A stretch of 63,028 nucleotides of DNA, filler included, from Lenisia limosa (Eukaryota > Protista > Breviatea), in NCBI GenBank assembly GCA_001655205.1. It is 9 parts of 9 records of this genome, joined end to end, with 100 filler letters (N's around TTAATTAATTAA, not from the genome) between each part and the next. Parts side by side here need not be neighbours in the genome. Positions count along the whole stretch, not along the records: positions 24,465 to 28,398 come from LPNZ01006444.1; positions 28,499 to 39,858 come from LPNZ01002230.1; 7 more parts are not named here. One strand, written 5' to 3'. The notes under the pieces were generated by a model. It was given only the letters and a program-made list of their open reading frames with translations, was not told the DNA's origin and ran no database searches. Made by a program: the position numbers and the translations under genes. Of the stretch, positions 24,466-36,499 are shown piece after piece. Each line of letters starts with the position of its first letter. The first letter of the stretch is position 1.

Positions 24466-27400
24466 TTTTATGAAAGTGGGTACGGTTATGTGGCTGGGTA
24501 CGGTTATGTGGGGTCACCTATATGCATATGTAAAGGTCACGTCAAAGAATCATAAAAATAAGTGCGGTTGTATCAGGAAATTCCCATCCCAAATAACACT
24601 TGCGAAGGATACAAGGTCGGCCAGGCACACTCTTATTCTGTCTCATTTCTCCATCTTATTCACGCAATCCTTTGAACACACCCACTTTGATGTTATCATC
24701 TTTGACACCTTCTAGCCCGAAAGAGAAGAAACCTTGCCGAAGGTCACTTTCAAAACCTGCGGATAGAATATTAATCTTGTCTGGGTTGACTTTTGTAAAC
24801 CACAATAGATGATTCATACCAGTTCCTGGGGTGAATCCGGTCCCAAGCCCTGGGTCGATCAGGTGTCTAAAGGTCAAATTAGAGCTGCATATGATATACT
24901 ATCACTAATTAAAAATTATTGGATTGGAATAATCGAAAAACCGGAATGGAAAACAATTATACTTATAACAAGACCGGCAACGCTGGTTAACACATACCTG
25001 TAAATCGGAGAAGCAGAAGATGATGCGAGGAGACGGCTGAGAATGGAGTTCTCAAAAGAAGACGACGAATCCTAACAATATTAAATTTGCTATTTAATAT
25101 TGTACATAGTTCTCCTTCTCCCACTGATAAATTCAGAAACGTTAAGCTATTAAAAGGCTTCACTTCGATTTGAAAAAGACTGAAAATTATCGATAGTAAT
25201 AAAGGATTTATCGAGAAATTTAGTCTTTTTTTTGAACCGAAGTGAAGCCCTTGCTGTTACCCCTTTCAACCCTTATTTAACAGCCCAGAAGCCAACATTC
25301 GTATCTCCGGATAGAAACACTGAGGCCACCCTGTTCTGCGCATTAGAAGGGCTCATTCCATCGGAAGCAGTTCGGATGGACAGATTGGAAGTTGGCGCTA
25401 TAAATGGCGGTAAATTATAAGAAAACCCTTTCGAAATAGTGAAGACGCACAGTGAAGTATAATTGCGGCTGAAAAAACAGATGGTGTGGGTAGCTGATAC
25501 TAAATAGGTCGATACACACCTCTCTCAATCAAAGGAACCTCCGCTTTGAAAGTGTCGCTATGGGAGACCACCTGTGCAGTTGAGATTAAAACAATGCATA
25601 AAAAAAGACAATAAGCCTTTACAAAAAAACAAAAGGCTGTTTTATCTCGAGTCAAACTCCACCGCAGTAACTTAGCGCACTTTTGAGAGTCCATGGGATT
25701 CGATTGCTTCAATTCGGTCTTCAAGCGGCAAGTCCCCTTGTCTGTTAAAATGCAACCATGTAATTAAAAAGAAATGGGGGGGGGGGGGGGNNNNNNNNNN
25801 NNNNNNNNNNNNNNNNNNNNNNNNNNNNNNNNNNNNNNNNNNNNNNNNNNNNNNNNNNNNNNNNNNNNNNNNNNNNNNNNNNNNNNNNNNNNNNACGCCC
25901 ATCACCCCTACCATAAGTAACAATGAACATGTTTTCTGGAGTATACCGGGTGCGGTGGAATTCAAGAAGGTCAGAATGCGTGAGGTTTGGAATATCTAGG
26001 ATATAATTGCGTCATTACATACAAGGAAAGATACAACCGTTTTCATAAAACATGAAACGTGGCTTATCATATTCAAATGAAATATTACGCTATTTTGATC
26101 TGCATAGAAGGCGTTGAAAGATAAATGTGCAATAGCTGCCCTACCTGAGGGTATACCACCGGAAATGTTGTAATACGGGTGGCTCTTGGAAAACGTCCCC
26201 CTTAAAAGTCCATAGTAATATTGGGCAGCAGGACTTGACTAAATGGTGTGAAAAATACTGCAGCTCAAATTGAAAGACCAAAAGATTGAGTAATTTTGCC
26301 TCATGCTACTTGTCGTATCTGGTATTATATCTTATACATATACATGTATGTTCATACCATATCATACTATATGCAATTCTAAGTGACTGTATAAACAGAA
26401 AAAGGGATCATCTAAAAGCCTCTCACAAATACACCCTTCATTTCATTGTACACAACGCCCTTGTATTGCAGCTCCCCTGAACAATGAAAAAAGGAAAGTC
26501 GGACAAGGGCATATAATTACCATAATCAAATCCATTACCCAAATAAAGGAGGCATATCCCTACCATTTTCGATTCCCAATCTCCAGCCCTCTTGCGCAAA
26601 GTCCAAAGGGTCCAATTGCGGGAACAGTACCGAATCCAGGTAAACCTGTGAATGAAAGCTAGCGCATATCAGGCTTCATGAAAACAATTTATTCATTAAT
26701 ATAAAATAGTAAATAAATACATATGTAATACAGTATATCATACATATAATACTACTATATGATAGTATATTATATCATATGATATATATATATCATATAG
26801 TATAAAATTACTAGACTGTAGATATCATATATTATATATTATGTGTATTATGTAGTATATCATATGCATATGATATGATAATACTGGTAACATTACATGT
26901 ATAAAAGCATCATAGCTATTGATTATGAATTCTTAAAGAAACTGTAGGAAATGCTGTTCACCCTCAAACAAACCTGCATGAGGTTGTAGTAGTCCTGGGG
27001 AAGTTGGGTCGCAAACGGATACAGTGTATAGTCCATTGCTATTAATACGTCAGATAATAAAAACTATCAACAAAATAATATGAAGTATTGGAACACAGAG
27101 GGAACATTAGAGTGTTTTTTATTGGGTACTCACCTGTGTACGCGTTCATGTGGCTACAAAGAGACCTTCTTAGCATTTTCATAAATGGATCTCGAACGGG
27201 GTATCTACAATATTAATAGCATTTGTGATAATTGGCAAGAAATAATACACGATATGTACATTAAAAATCAAGGGAATATTATTTCATGAAAAAGAGGAAA
27301 TATAATCAAATAATCAAATAGAAGTTCAAAACTGCAGCACTACCGCCATCACACTTTTTAGATCCGCAGAGGGCCAGATGCTCAAGGATGTGGGGAAGAC

Positions 27401-28191
27401 CACTGGAGTCCGAAGGTGACGTTCTGAAGCCCGCACTATGGTGTCAATGACTTCGTGAAAAAAAAAAGGGGGGGGGGTGTCTGGAAAGACAATCACTATC
27501 CTCCATCAAATTCTGACCACCTGAACCATTAGCTTGAAATCACATAATTCTCAGACCGCTTCCCACCAAAACACGTTATTGGCATCTGGCGAATCCATGT
27601 GCAGCAGAGTTGCCCCTGAGGTATGCTTCATTAGAATTGATGTGATCGAAAGCTCTTCCACGTGCTGAACCTGCCACCATGTAAATTAAATCGGTTCAAA
27701 CCACCAAATTTCGTCAATTCAGTGTTCCTAGTTTATGTGCTTTTTAAGCAATTAAAAAAAAAAAATCACAGAACAAAATTTTTACGCAGAGAATGACAAT
27801 TGTTATCTGAAAAGTAACTGCCCAACTACCTGGGTGACTGTGAAGCCTGATAGCCAATCGCCTGGGGCAACATCCAATGGCTTTCGCTCTGTAAATAGTT
27901 AAATAAATAGTTAAATACAGGCAGTTTTCCTTTGACATTGTAGCCCGTATCAATGTATTTATATCATGGTAGAGGAGCTGGTACCAGCCCTACCATTTCC
28001 TCTCAAAATTGCAGTTGGTAATATTGAAAAGCTTCTTCCGGCAATTCGTGGCACTGTGAAGGCCAACAAAGATCTGGAACTGGTAAAAGAAAAAAGGGAT
28101 GAAGAGACATAAGCCCGCAAAAATCGCTTAGAGTTTCTATAATGACACACTGTCTCAGTGGGATGGCTGCCCACCTTGATAAACAGAGCAT
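24466..28191 (-). CDS. PITRM1: Presequence protease (PreP/PITRM1/Cym1, M16C metallopeptidase), N-terminal part, 3' truncated
   Basis: ATG at 28191 with a mitochondrial-type presequence (MLCLS|[19 protein letters not shown]). Then [17 protein letters not shown]; [18 protein letters not shown]|[15 protein letters not shown] (inverted HXXEH zinc motif); [10 protein letters not shown]...FAQEGWRL; [10 protein letters not shown]|[18 protein letters not shown]. Confidence 0.93.
25156..25249. mobile_element. MITE-like palindromic repeat family A, about 85-95 bp; representative copy
   Basis: Ends GGCTTCACTTCGATTTGAAAAAGACTGAA and TTAGTCTTTTTTTTGAACCGAAGTGAAGCC are near-perfect inverted repeats around an ATCGAT-containing core. 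Other copies: 35488-35572, 45787-45886, 62101-62191, 62226-62320. Partial or degenerate copies: 2532-2612, 2827-2900, 20846-20905, 38719-38770. Confidence 0.8.
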
Positions 28192-28498
28192 TTTGTGACA
28201 ATTTTCTCAGTCTGTACAAGGGTGGTAAACTGGTAAACTGTGGTAAAGGGTGTCTCACACCATGCGCCTCAGAATGGGCATAATAAAATAAATATAATAA
28301 TAATGGGCAGAGAGGCAAGGAGCTGGCAGAGACACAGCAAGAGAGAGGAGGAGGGGAGGAGCTTGGGAGGAGTTATTCACCGTGGGTGGGGGGGGAGGNN
28401 NNNNNNNNNNNNNNNNNNNNNNNNNNNNNNNNNNNNNNNNNNTTAATTAATTAANNNNNNNNNNNNNNNNNNNNNNNNNNNNNNNNNNNNNNNNNNNN

Positions 28499-30230
28499 AA
28501 TACTGTAACGTAAACCAAGTTAATCCACTAGGATCTACAAAACTATATATCTCCCTCCCTAAGTCCTACCTGGTGTTTTTGTTGATTGTCCCTTTGTGGG
28601 AGATTCCTGGACCTTAGGGGAAATGAGGAGAGATGTAAGGTTAGTCTCCATTTGCTGGATCATTTGACGCCTTTTCTTTCTCTGCAGTCGAATGATGTCC
28701 ACGAGGTTGAGAATCTGGGTTGTGATTGTTGTACAGGGATACTAGAGCTATATGATATAATTGCATAGATGTTACATAAGAAAACTAAAAGGATATAACT
28801 CATCAAAGGTGAGTTGGAGTGAAATGGAACTTAAAGAAAGAAAAGAATAGCACACAATAAAACGGTGTAATAAGCGCGTTGGTATACCATCTACAGACCT
28901 GTAAATGCAACTCCCTTACAACGTCCCAGTACTTCTCAAAAACATCATTTCGAGACCTCTGCGCTAATCGAATCTGAAATGTGAGTTTCGTTGACAAACC
29001 ATCTGAAAAACAGATATCATATTATGCTATGCATCATACTATGTAATAGTATATCATATACACTTCTCCCTCCTCCTCCTCTCTCTCTCTCTCTCTCTCT
29101 CTCTCGCTCTTTCATCTACACAGAGATATAGAGAGAGATGAGAAATGAAAAACGTTGTATCTGTCTGAAGCCATCACGCTTATAAGAGATACTTGATTAT
29201 ATAATATTAATTCACCCCTTACAACTCTGTGTACACAGCTTTCTGCGCGCCTCCCAACCAATACGATAGAGAAATTAACCTTTAAACATCCCACTCACAG
29301 GAGGCAGAATAGCTTTTGGCATGTAAGGTTCTGAAGAGCTGTGCTGGAAACTGGCAGTGGCGGGAGGGTTGGGCATGGAGGGTGGNNNNNNNNNNNNNNN
29401 NNNNNNNNNNNNGGTCAATGGCAATGGCCTGCTAAGTAAAGAAAAAGTGCTCTATTTTTCATGAAGAAATACTGCGCAAATTGATATCACAAGCAACTTA
29501 TAGTCTCTATGAGGTTTTTGCTTGACTCCTATGCCCCATTTTCTCGAAGTTGATCGGCTGGGTTTCTGTTTTCACCATAAATTTGACACTGAATATGTCT
29601 CAGTGGCCAAGTCTTACTTATGAACCGTTTCTATCTAATTTGAAGATATTTTATTAAAAAGAGAAGAGTTGCATTATCTTTTCATGCAGGAATTGTATAG
29701 AAGGTCATTTTTATCTCATATTTATAGCCCGAAACTCTCAGTGACATTTCTTCAGATTATAAAAAAAGACACAGTTAATTGTTCAAAACACAATCTAAAA
29801 ATCAGGAATACTGGGAGGTAAGAACATCGCTGGAACACCTCACTTTTAAATTGCACTTGAAGTCCCAAAAGTTCTCATACAATATTGTGGGAAAAGTGTT
29901 CCACATTCACCCAACACCTCATACCATGACAAAATTACACTTAATAAGCACAAAAAAAAGTACACTGACCTGTCCATAGTAAAAGGTGTCGAGGAGTAAG
30001 AGGCGATCGATGTCCTTGTTTGCCTCTGCCGAGGTAACTTCACCTAGTGTCTAGATATACCGTCAAAACAATATTTACAACAAACCAATAGTATTTCACG
30101 ACAAGAGGGAACAGAGAGAAGATTGTTTGAGATTAAACGGTCCTCAACTTCTTGCTGAACATAGTTTTCCCATTCTATTGGATGGTTTCCCGGATCTGGA
30201 GGGTGTCTACTTCGCCCTCGCATACTTACA
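28499..30230 (-). CDS. Fragments of unidentified minus-strand gene(s), split by N gaps
   Basis: Exon-like segments bounded by AG/GT: EVTSAEANKDIDRLLLLDTFYYGQ (about 29973-30045), DGLSTKLTFQIRLAQRSRNDVFEKYWDVVRELHLQ (about 28899-29002) and a segment near 28569-28682. The frames could not be joined with confidence. Confidence 0.3.
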
Positions 30231-30456
30231 GCTGTCGACTCTTTTGATTTTTTAAAAATTTTTAAAACGAGCGCTGCGCCGCCGGAAAAATAACATTTCT
30301 ATCAAAGTTATTAAAGCATATAAGCTATGATGAAAGATTCTTCGTTCCTATTTATAATATTGATAAATTATTATTATTAATTTTCAAGAAAATTGCCCTA
30401 TATCTCATTTAGCTTAAGGCTATGACACTTTGAAAATTACGGCGGATGAACAAAAA

Positions 30457-33400
30457 ATGGAACTTACACGAAGCTTTAGTGGACCTGGCCTCTTGAAGTC
30501 GAAGTTTACACATGTTTCAGAAAAGCACAGCAGCACCTATACCTTCCACGCGTCTTGCCTCAAGTCATCTGTCTGTTCTCTTTGCATCCCACATCTTTGT
30601 TCCGCAGACCCGTCTCTTCCAGTTGAGGATCTGCTCAATGAAGCCCTTGGATCAGCGTTTACCTCTTCAACGGTCCTCCCTCCTTCTCTCCTTTCCCAGG
30701 TTGCTATATCCTTCTCATCTTTCATTGCCGAGACGCTTCGTACCTGCGATGAAAGCCTGGCTGAAGTTTTGGTGGATGTTTCAAACTTCTTTTGTAGCAG
30801 TGGGCGGCTGATTGCCGGCGAGTTCCTTGACGTTTTCGAGAACATTGTGAGTTTGTGAGTTTCAGTTATGTTATTTTTGTTTTGAATTGTCTAATCTTCT
30901 AGGAATACTCTCTTACCCCAATGTCCCTCATTTACCTAAGTAAGTGGAATGCTTATATTATATATATATATATATATATATCATATATATGAATCACTGG
31001 ACTAACATAAAAAAAATCAGATTTTCCTTTTATGTTTATGATCATTTACCATACAGAGAACCTCTGTGGCATTTGTAAAGACGCCTCATGTGTTATAGCC
31101 GTAATGAAGGGACTGAGAAACAAGTTACTCGATTTTCTTCTGTGTAACTCCACGCAAGGTATTAATTTATTAACTAAACTGTTGCTAATTTACCCTTTTT
31201 AAAGCCTTGATATTTGTGTCACCCTTGAGCTAATTTCTTTTTGTAGTAGTCTCCGATGTTTTCCAAATATTCTCAAAACTGTGCGTTGAGTCAAAGGTTT
31301 GTGAGTCAAAAAATGATAAATAATAGAAGGTTCAATAATTGTCGGAGGGAGTCACATTTGATACTCTTTTTTACTATCAAGAATAATAATATTGCCAGGT
31401 GTTTACAAACTGGGCAGCAAACGATACTACTGGCCTCATTGGAACGGCTTTTGACATGGTCCTATCTAAGCCTTCAGAAAGTGATGAACAACTTCATGCC
31501 TTATGTATGATAGAGGTAGATGACATCCTCTTCCTCTATGGGGCGTCATTGATTTGATATCTTCTTCATTTTTTTTTTATTTTTTTTTTCAATTGAGACT
31601 TTCTATTGAAGGCAATTAGGCATTCATTTCCCAAATTTGTGATATGGAAGTAATTTTTCAAAACTGTTCTCCCTTTATTTGTCCTTTTTTTTCCCTATTT
31701 CATTTCTTTGAACCGCGTGCGTTTACTTTGGGTAAAAATACCAGGGTATCTCTTGTCTCTCATTTTGCCTTCTCTTCGCTTTTTTTCAATAATTGATGTA
31801 TTTTTTTACTTACTTCGATTGAAATAACCCGTAAAAGCCTATTATTTCCTATTACAAACATGAGTTCATCACCAAGGTTTTGTTGCTGAAATGATTCAAC
31901 CTGGACTGGAAAACTCGTTCCTCTCAAATATTCAAACCTTCAGCCAAGTTATGCAGGTAATTGGAGCTTTAGATGGGCTATCTTGAAGGTTCAATTGAAT
32001 TGACGTCATCATATTTGCTAAACTACCAGATTGCGTTAATGTCTCCTTCTCTCGCCATTCAAGACACAAGTTTGGTCATTGTCGAAAGGTATGACTGCTT
32101 TTTTAGAACCAAACAGCTCCATTAGATCTTATTTAATTCTTAATTTCTTACAACTACAACAGGCTCTGTAGCAAACCATCTTTCTTCGACTGTCTCTCTG
32201 AGTGTATTGATAAGGACCTTCCCGACTTTATCCTTGAAGTCTGTCTCCACCCGTCGCCACTCCAGGCTGAAAAGGTGAATGAAAAACCACATTTGATCGT
32301 GGCCGTTGGAAAGCTGTTTATGTATTATGTTGTGTTTTTGATTTGTTCTTAATGTCTAGGCCCTCATTGTTTCATGTGAACTCCTCAATCATCCAGTGTT
32401 TTTAGAAGCTTTTCAACAAAGTATGGCATGGTTTTAAGTTATAATCAGACTTCCTTCCTTTATACGGTCTTACCTTCAAGGGCATGAAGCTCTTCTTGAA
32501 GGAGTAAGGAAGAACCTAAGCGGACAGCCCCATGAAATTGAGCTTCTAGTTGCTCTATTTAAACTCATTTTGGAGTCGACATCATTTATTGGTGTGTATT
32601 TGCCTTTTGCTACTGTTGTTGTCGATTCTTTTCCACTAACAGTTACTTAGATATTACATTCAGCGTGTTAGATCTGGAGAAGGTTGTTTTTCTATTTGAC
32701 TACGTCATGGCTAAATGTCAGTCGCATGACCAAAGTATGCTGTGTTACAATGGCGGTACCTTTTCTCTCTCTTCCTCTCCTGTTCGTTCTCCTTTGACAT
32801 CCATGTTTCAGATTCACGGTCCGTTCTCTTAGGGTCTCTCCTCTTGCTTTCCGCTCAAACCTTGATAGCCCTCTTCAAACTTGGTAGGAGCATTATACCC
32901 TTGGACTCAGGCCTTTGCCTAAGACAAGCTTGTTCTGATACCTCAAAGGTAGAACTGTCTCAATTTCTGGCCCTCTAAGTACATTGCCCCTTCTTCTTTC
33001 ACTGAACTCCAACGAAAACTTCTTGCATGTTACCGCATACACATTGATGGCCGCTGAACTTTCGGGAGAACTCTCGTATGGTGGTTACTGTAGCCAACCA
33101 CCGTCTCTTTGTTAATTGAAGGGGATATGGTGATTCAACACAAACTGAATAATACATCTCTTGCAAGGCAAACTTCTGAAATATGATCTACAATCAGCTC
33201 TGTAACTTCCAGTAATATTTACTTTCTAGGTCATGTTCTTCTCTCATTGACGCTTTCCTACGACTTCTTTTGGTGAGTAGTGATGTCTGGAAAATTAATT
33301 CCCATAACAAGAGATATTCCTTCCAAAACAGTGTTGCCAAGACCAATGTTCGTTTTTGATCGGCTTTTAGTGGAACAAAATTGTATATATGTACATGTAT

Positions 33401-36400
33401 ATATAATTTATAATGCAACATAGGAATGTCTTCCTGAGACTGACGATGAAAATACTGTGCTTCTGGGCTTCATAGCTGCTTCCCAAGTGGCCAATTTACC
33501 AGAGACAAGTAAGCAATTTTACTTTGTATCGTTTTTAAAATAAGACCAAAACCAATTTCTTAGTACATCTTTGAAAGAAAGCTGACCTTACCCTCCTACC
33601 ATAAAGACATTGAGCACCTGAACTGGCTGATTATTAACGCGCTTGACCGCCAGAATGATGACCTCCAGTCCGAGCCTCTGATGGCTCTTTCTGAGTTCAT
33701 TGCTTCATATATCAAAATCTCAACGTACGTGGAAGCAGATTGTACCATTTTAGATTGATATAATTCAAGCATTTTCACATATTGTGATTGACGGCTATTC
33801 TTGTTTATTGTTAGAAAACAACTTATTTTCGTTTAGGCCGAGCTTCACTTTGGAAGAAGCTTTAAGTCTCAAAACCTGCATTGGTACGCCAAATACTGGG
33901 AGCTCACATTTATCAAAAAAGGAAAAAGTTATATCCCCATTTTGGTGCTCATAGTTCTTGTGTAGTTTTATCCGCATTTTGGTGCTCATAGTTCTTGTGT
34001 AGTAATATCCGCATTTGGTGCTCATAGATCTTGTGTAGTTATATCCGCATTTTGGTGCTTGTAGTTCTTGTGTAGTTATATCCGCATTTTGGTGCTCATA
34101 GTTCTTGCGTAGTTGTAATCAAGATTAAATCCCTTTTTATTAGGACAGGTACCATACTGAACGATAACAAATAATATGACCTTTCCCACCAGACCTCCAA
34201 TGTTTGGTAGAGGGACTTGCTTCTGGTGACGTCACCACAATCAGTTCGTGTGCCACTCTCCTGGCGTCGCTGACTATCCATGGCGCTCTGTATGTTTACT
34301 CATCAAATGGCTTGCTTGTGTTGGGAAGCTCATTTTCTTATTATTTTAGACCCAAAGATTTTGAATTCAACCTCGAGAACATCCTAGCACCGTCTTCATT
34401 GGACCTTCCGAGAATCACAGAGGCAACCATCAACGCTTTCCTTGTATTGACTCTGGTAAGCAGTTGCGCCAATTAGTTTCAATATTTCCACGCACTCCCC
34501 TAACACTCGGTTGACCCAGTACTTCACGGTACACTTCAATGACATGTTGTAGACGAACGGTACACATCTGCCTGTTGCCTTGGCTGATAAGGTCGAAAAC
34601 TACCTTCTCTTCAAGCAGTCGCCTTGCTTACCTCAGGTGACAGCGATTATATCTGCGTTTTTTTCACCTGTTGTTTTATAAAAAGTCTTGGTGTTCCACT
34701 AACATAATAGGCTGTTATTTGGGCTTCATCACGCCCTCGACTCGTGCACTGGTCCTGTCTTCAGGTTTGACTAATTTTTAACATTTCTCCATATTGGCCA
34801 GCACCCTTTTATTCAATACTTTGACAAGAGGCTTATGTTTTAGTTTGGAAAGTGCACGACAGACCCAAGCTGGTGTCGAGACCTAGCTATTCTGCTTCCA
34901 AAATGCATTAGCCCCGAAGTTTTCAACGAAATTATGGTATTGGGAAACTGCGCCAACTCCATGACTACCTTTCTCATTTCTTTCAATAATTTTCACTACA
35001 CAGGTTCTCTTTACGCCGCGCACCATGCCAGCGGCCTTGACCTTGGTGACGTCATCTCTTCTCAAGGCGGGCAAGGAAGCAGCTCTGTTGGCAGAACGTT
35101 TCAGAGAAGCTGGCCTCTTGACGACTTTGACCAGGGTGGGCTGGATGGGTTTATTACTGAGAAGGCTGAAATCAGTGTTTTCAATAATAGTCTCTTCCTG
35201 AACCTGAGCGAATCAGTAGTAACTGTTCTGACAATTAACAGGCCCTGGTCCTCTACTCGGATGATATTGGAGCCAGCTTGTCACTCTTCTTGGACACTGT
35301 GACTGCCATTTTAACTGCATCCACACACGGTAAGACTTCTATGATTGCCCTCCCCTACCCCTGCTCCTAATGAAGATATGTGAGGGCGTTATCGTTTGTT
35401 ATTCCTGCATTCTTCATGCTTTTTAGAGATGTTGTATTACTACTTTTTGATGTAATACTATATTTGTATACTTTGCTATTGTCAGCCGGGCTTCCCTTTG
35501 GTACAAAAAAGGACTGAATTCCTCGATAAATATCGATATTTTAACAGTCTTTTTTGGACCGTAGGGAAGCCCTACTTGTCAGCCGGCTAGTTACCACAAG
35601 GCAGTCGGAGCGCTATTTATAGTTTCCTCGGGGAAAGGGTTACTAACTAGGGGACTTGTGGGTAAGTCATACATGAAGTTAGTCATTATACTTATCTCCT
35701 ACCTAATTCTAGTAATATGGACATAGAGTAGTTCCCAAGTCCACACTATGATATACTACTGTATTGATCTTGCTTGACATATCAGAGGCCGCTCAAGATT
35801 TGGCAAAGTTCTCCGCAGAGCTTTGGATGTTTCTATCGCGAGAGTTTACAGTCATTTTGAAGTGGGTGCTTTTTTATTCTTATTATTTTCTGGTAGAAAG
35901 AGATCTTTCTCATACTTTTTTTAAAAGACATAGTCATCCGTAATTGGCAAGTAATTTTACTATTTATGTAAAAAAAAACAGAAATATAGAAAGGACAATT
36001 CTAACTTCCTAGCGACCAAAAGGAGAGAATCGTCTCACTGATGAAATGGTCACTCTCCCTCTGCTTCGACAACATTAAAACCAGTGAACTTGCCGACTCC
36101 TCTTCACAGCCTTCTTCTCAACTCAGCTTACTGCCGTCACAGTCGCTAGCCCATTCCTCACCGTCACAAACATCCACTAAAGACACTTTGACTAAGCTGC
36201 TTAGCTCACTCAATAGCCCAACAGAGCACTTGAAGGCCATTGCAAGACCGGTAGGCCTAACCTTGTCGGTTGCTTGACTAATTATGCAGTTTGCTGTCCA
36301 CATTTCCCTCTTCCTTGGGGTTGCCATTTCGCCTCTTGTATCTGACTCAGCCTTGGTCTGCGCAGTCATCCAATCAACCCACGTGCATCGAAATTCCGCA

Positions 36401-36496
36401 GTCGGGTCGGCATTCAGACCTTCCCCTGATATCAAGATCAAGAAAATGGTGAGAACTATTGTTCATTCATACCAGGTTCAATGCTGTCGGAACTAA
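30457..36496 (+). CDS. Large ARM/HEAT-like protein, candidate MEI1/PRD1 homologue (meiotic double-strand-break factor)
   Basis: Exon 1 VCSLCIPHLCSADPSLPV...IAETLRTCDESLAEVLVDVSNFFCSSGRLIAGEFLDVF resembles the remembered plant PRD1 N-terminus (FCLICFSNLVSDPRIP...ALSSIDDAPIAIQIMDMISLLCS...GEDF). More than 20 further helical, Leu-rich exons follow. The 3' end is unresolved and may extend to 39744. Confidence 0.45.
33928..34114. repeat. Intronic minisatellite, 5 copies of about 37 bp (TATCCGCATTTTGGTGCTCATAGTTCTTGTGTAGT)
   Basis: Units start at about 33932, 33969, 34006, 34042 and 34079, with 0-3 differences each. Confidence 0.95.
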
Positions 36497-36499
36497 TTC

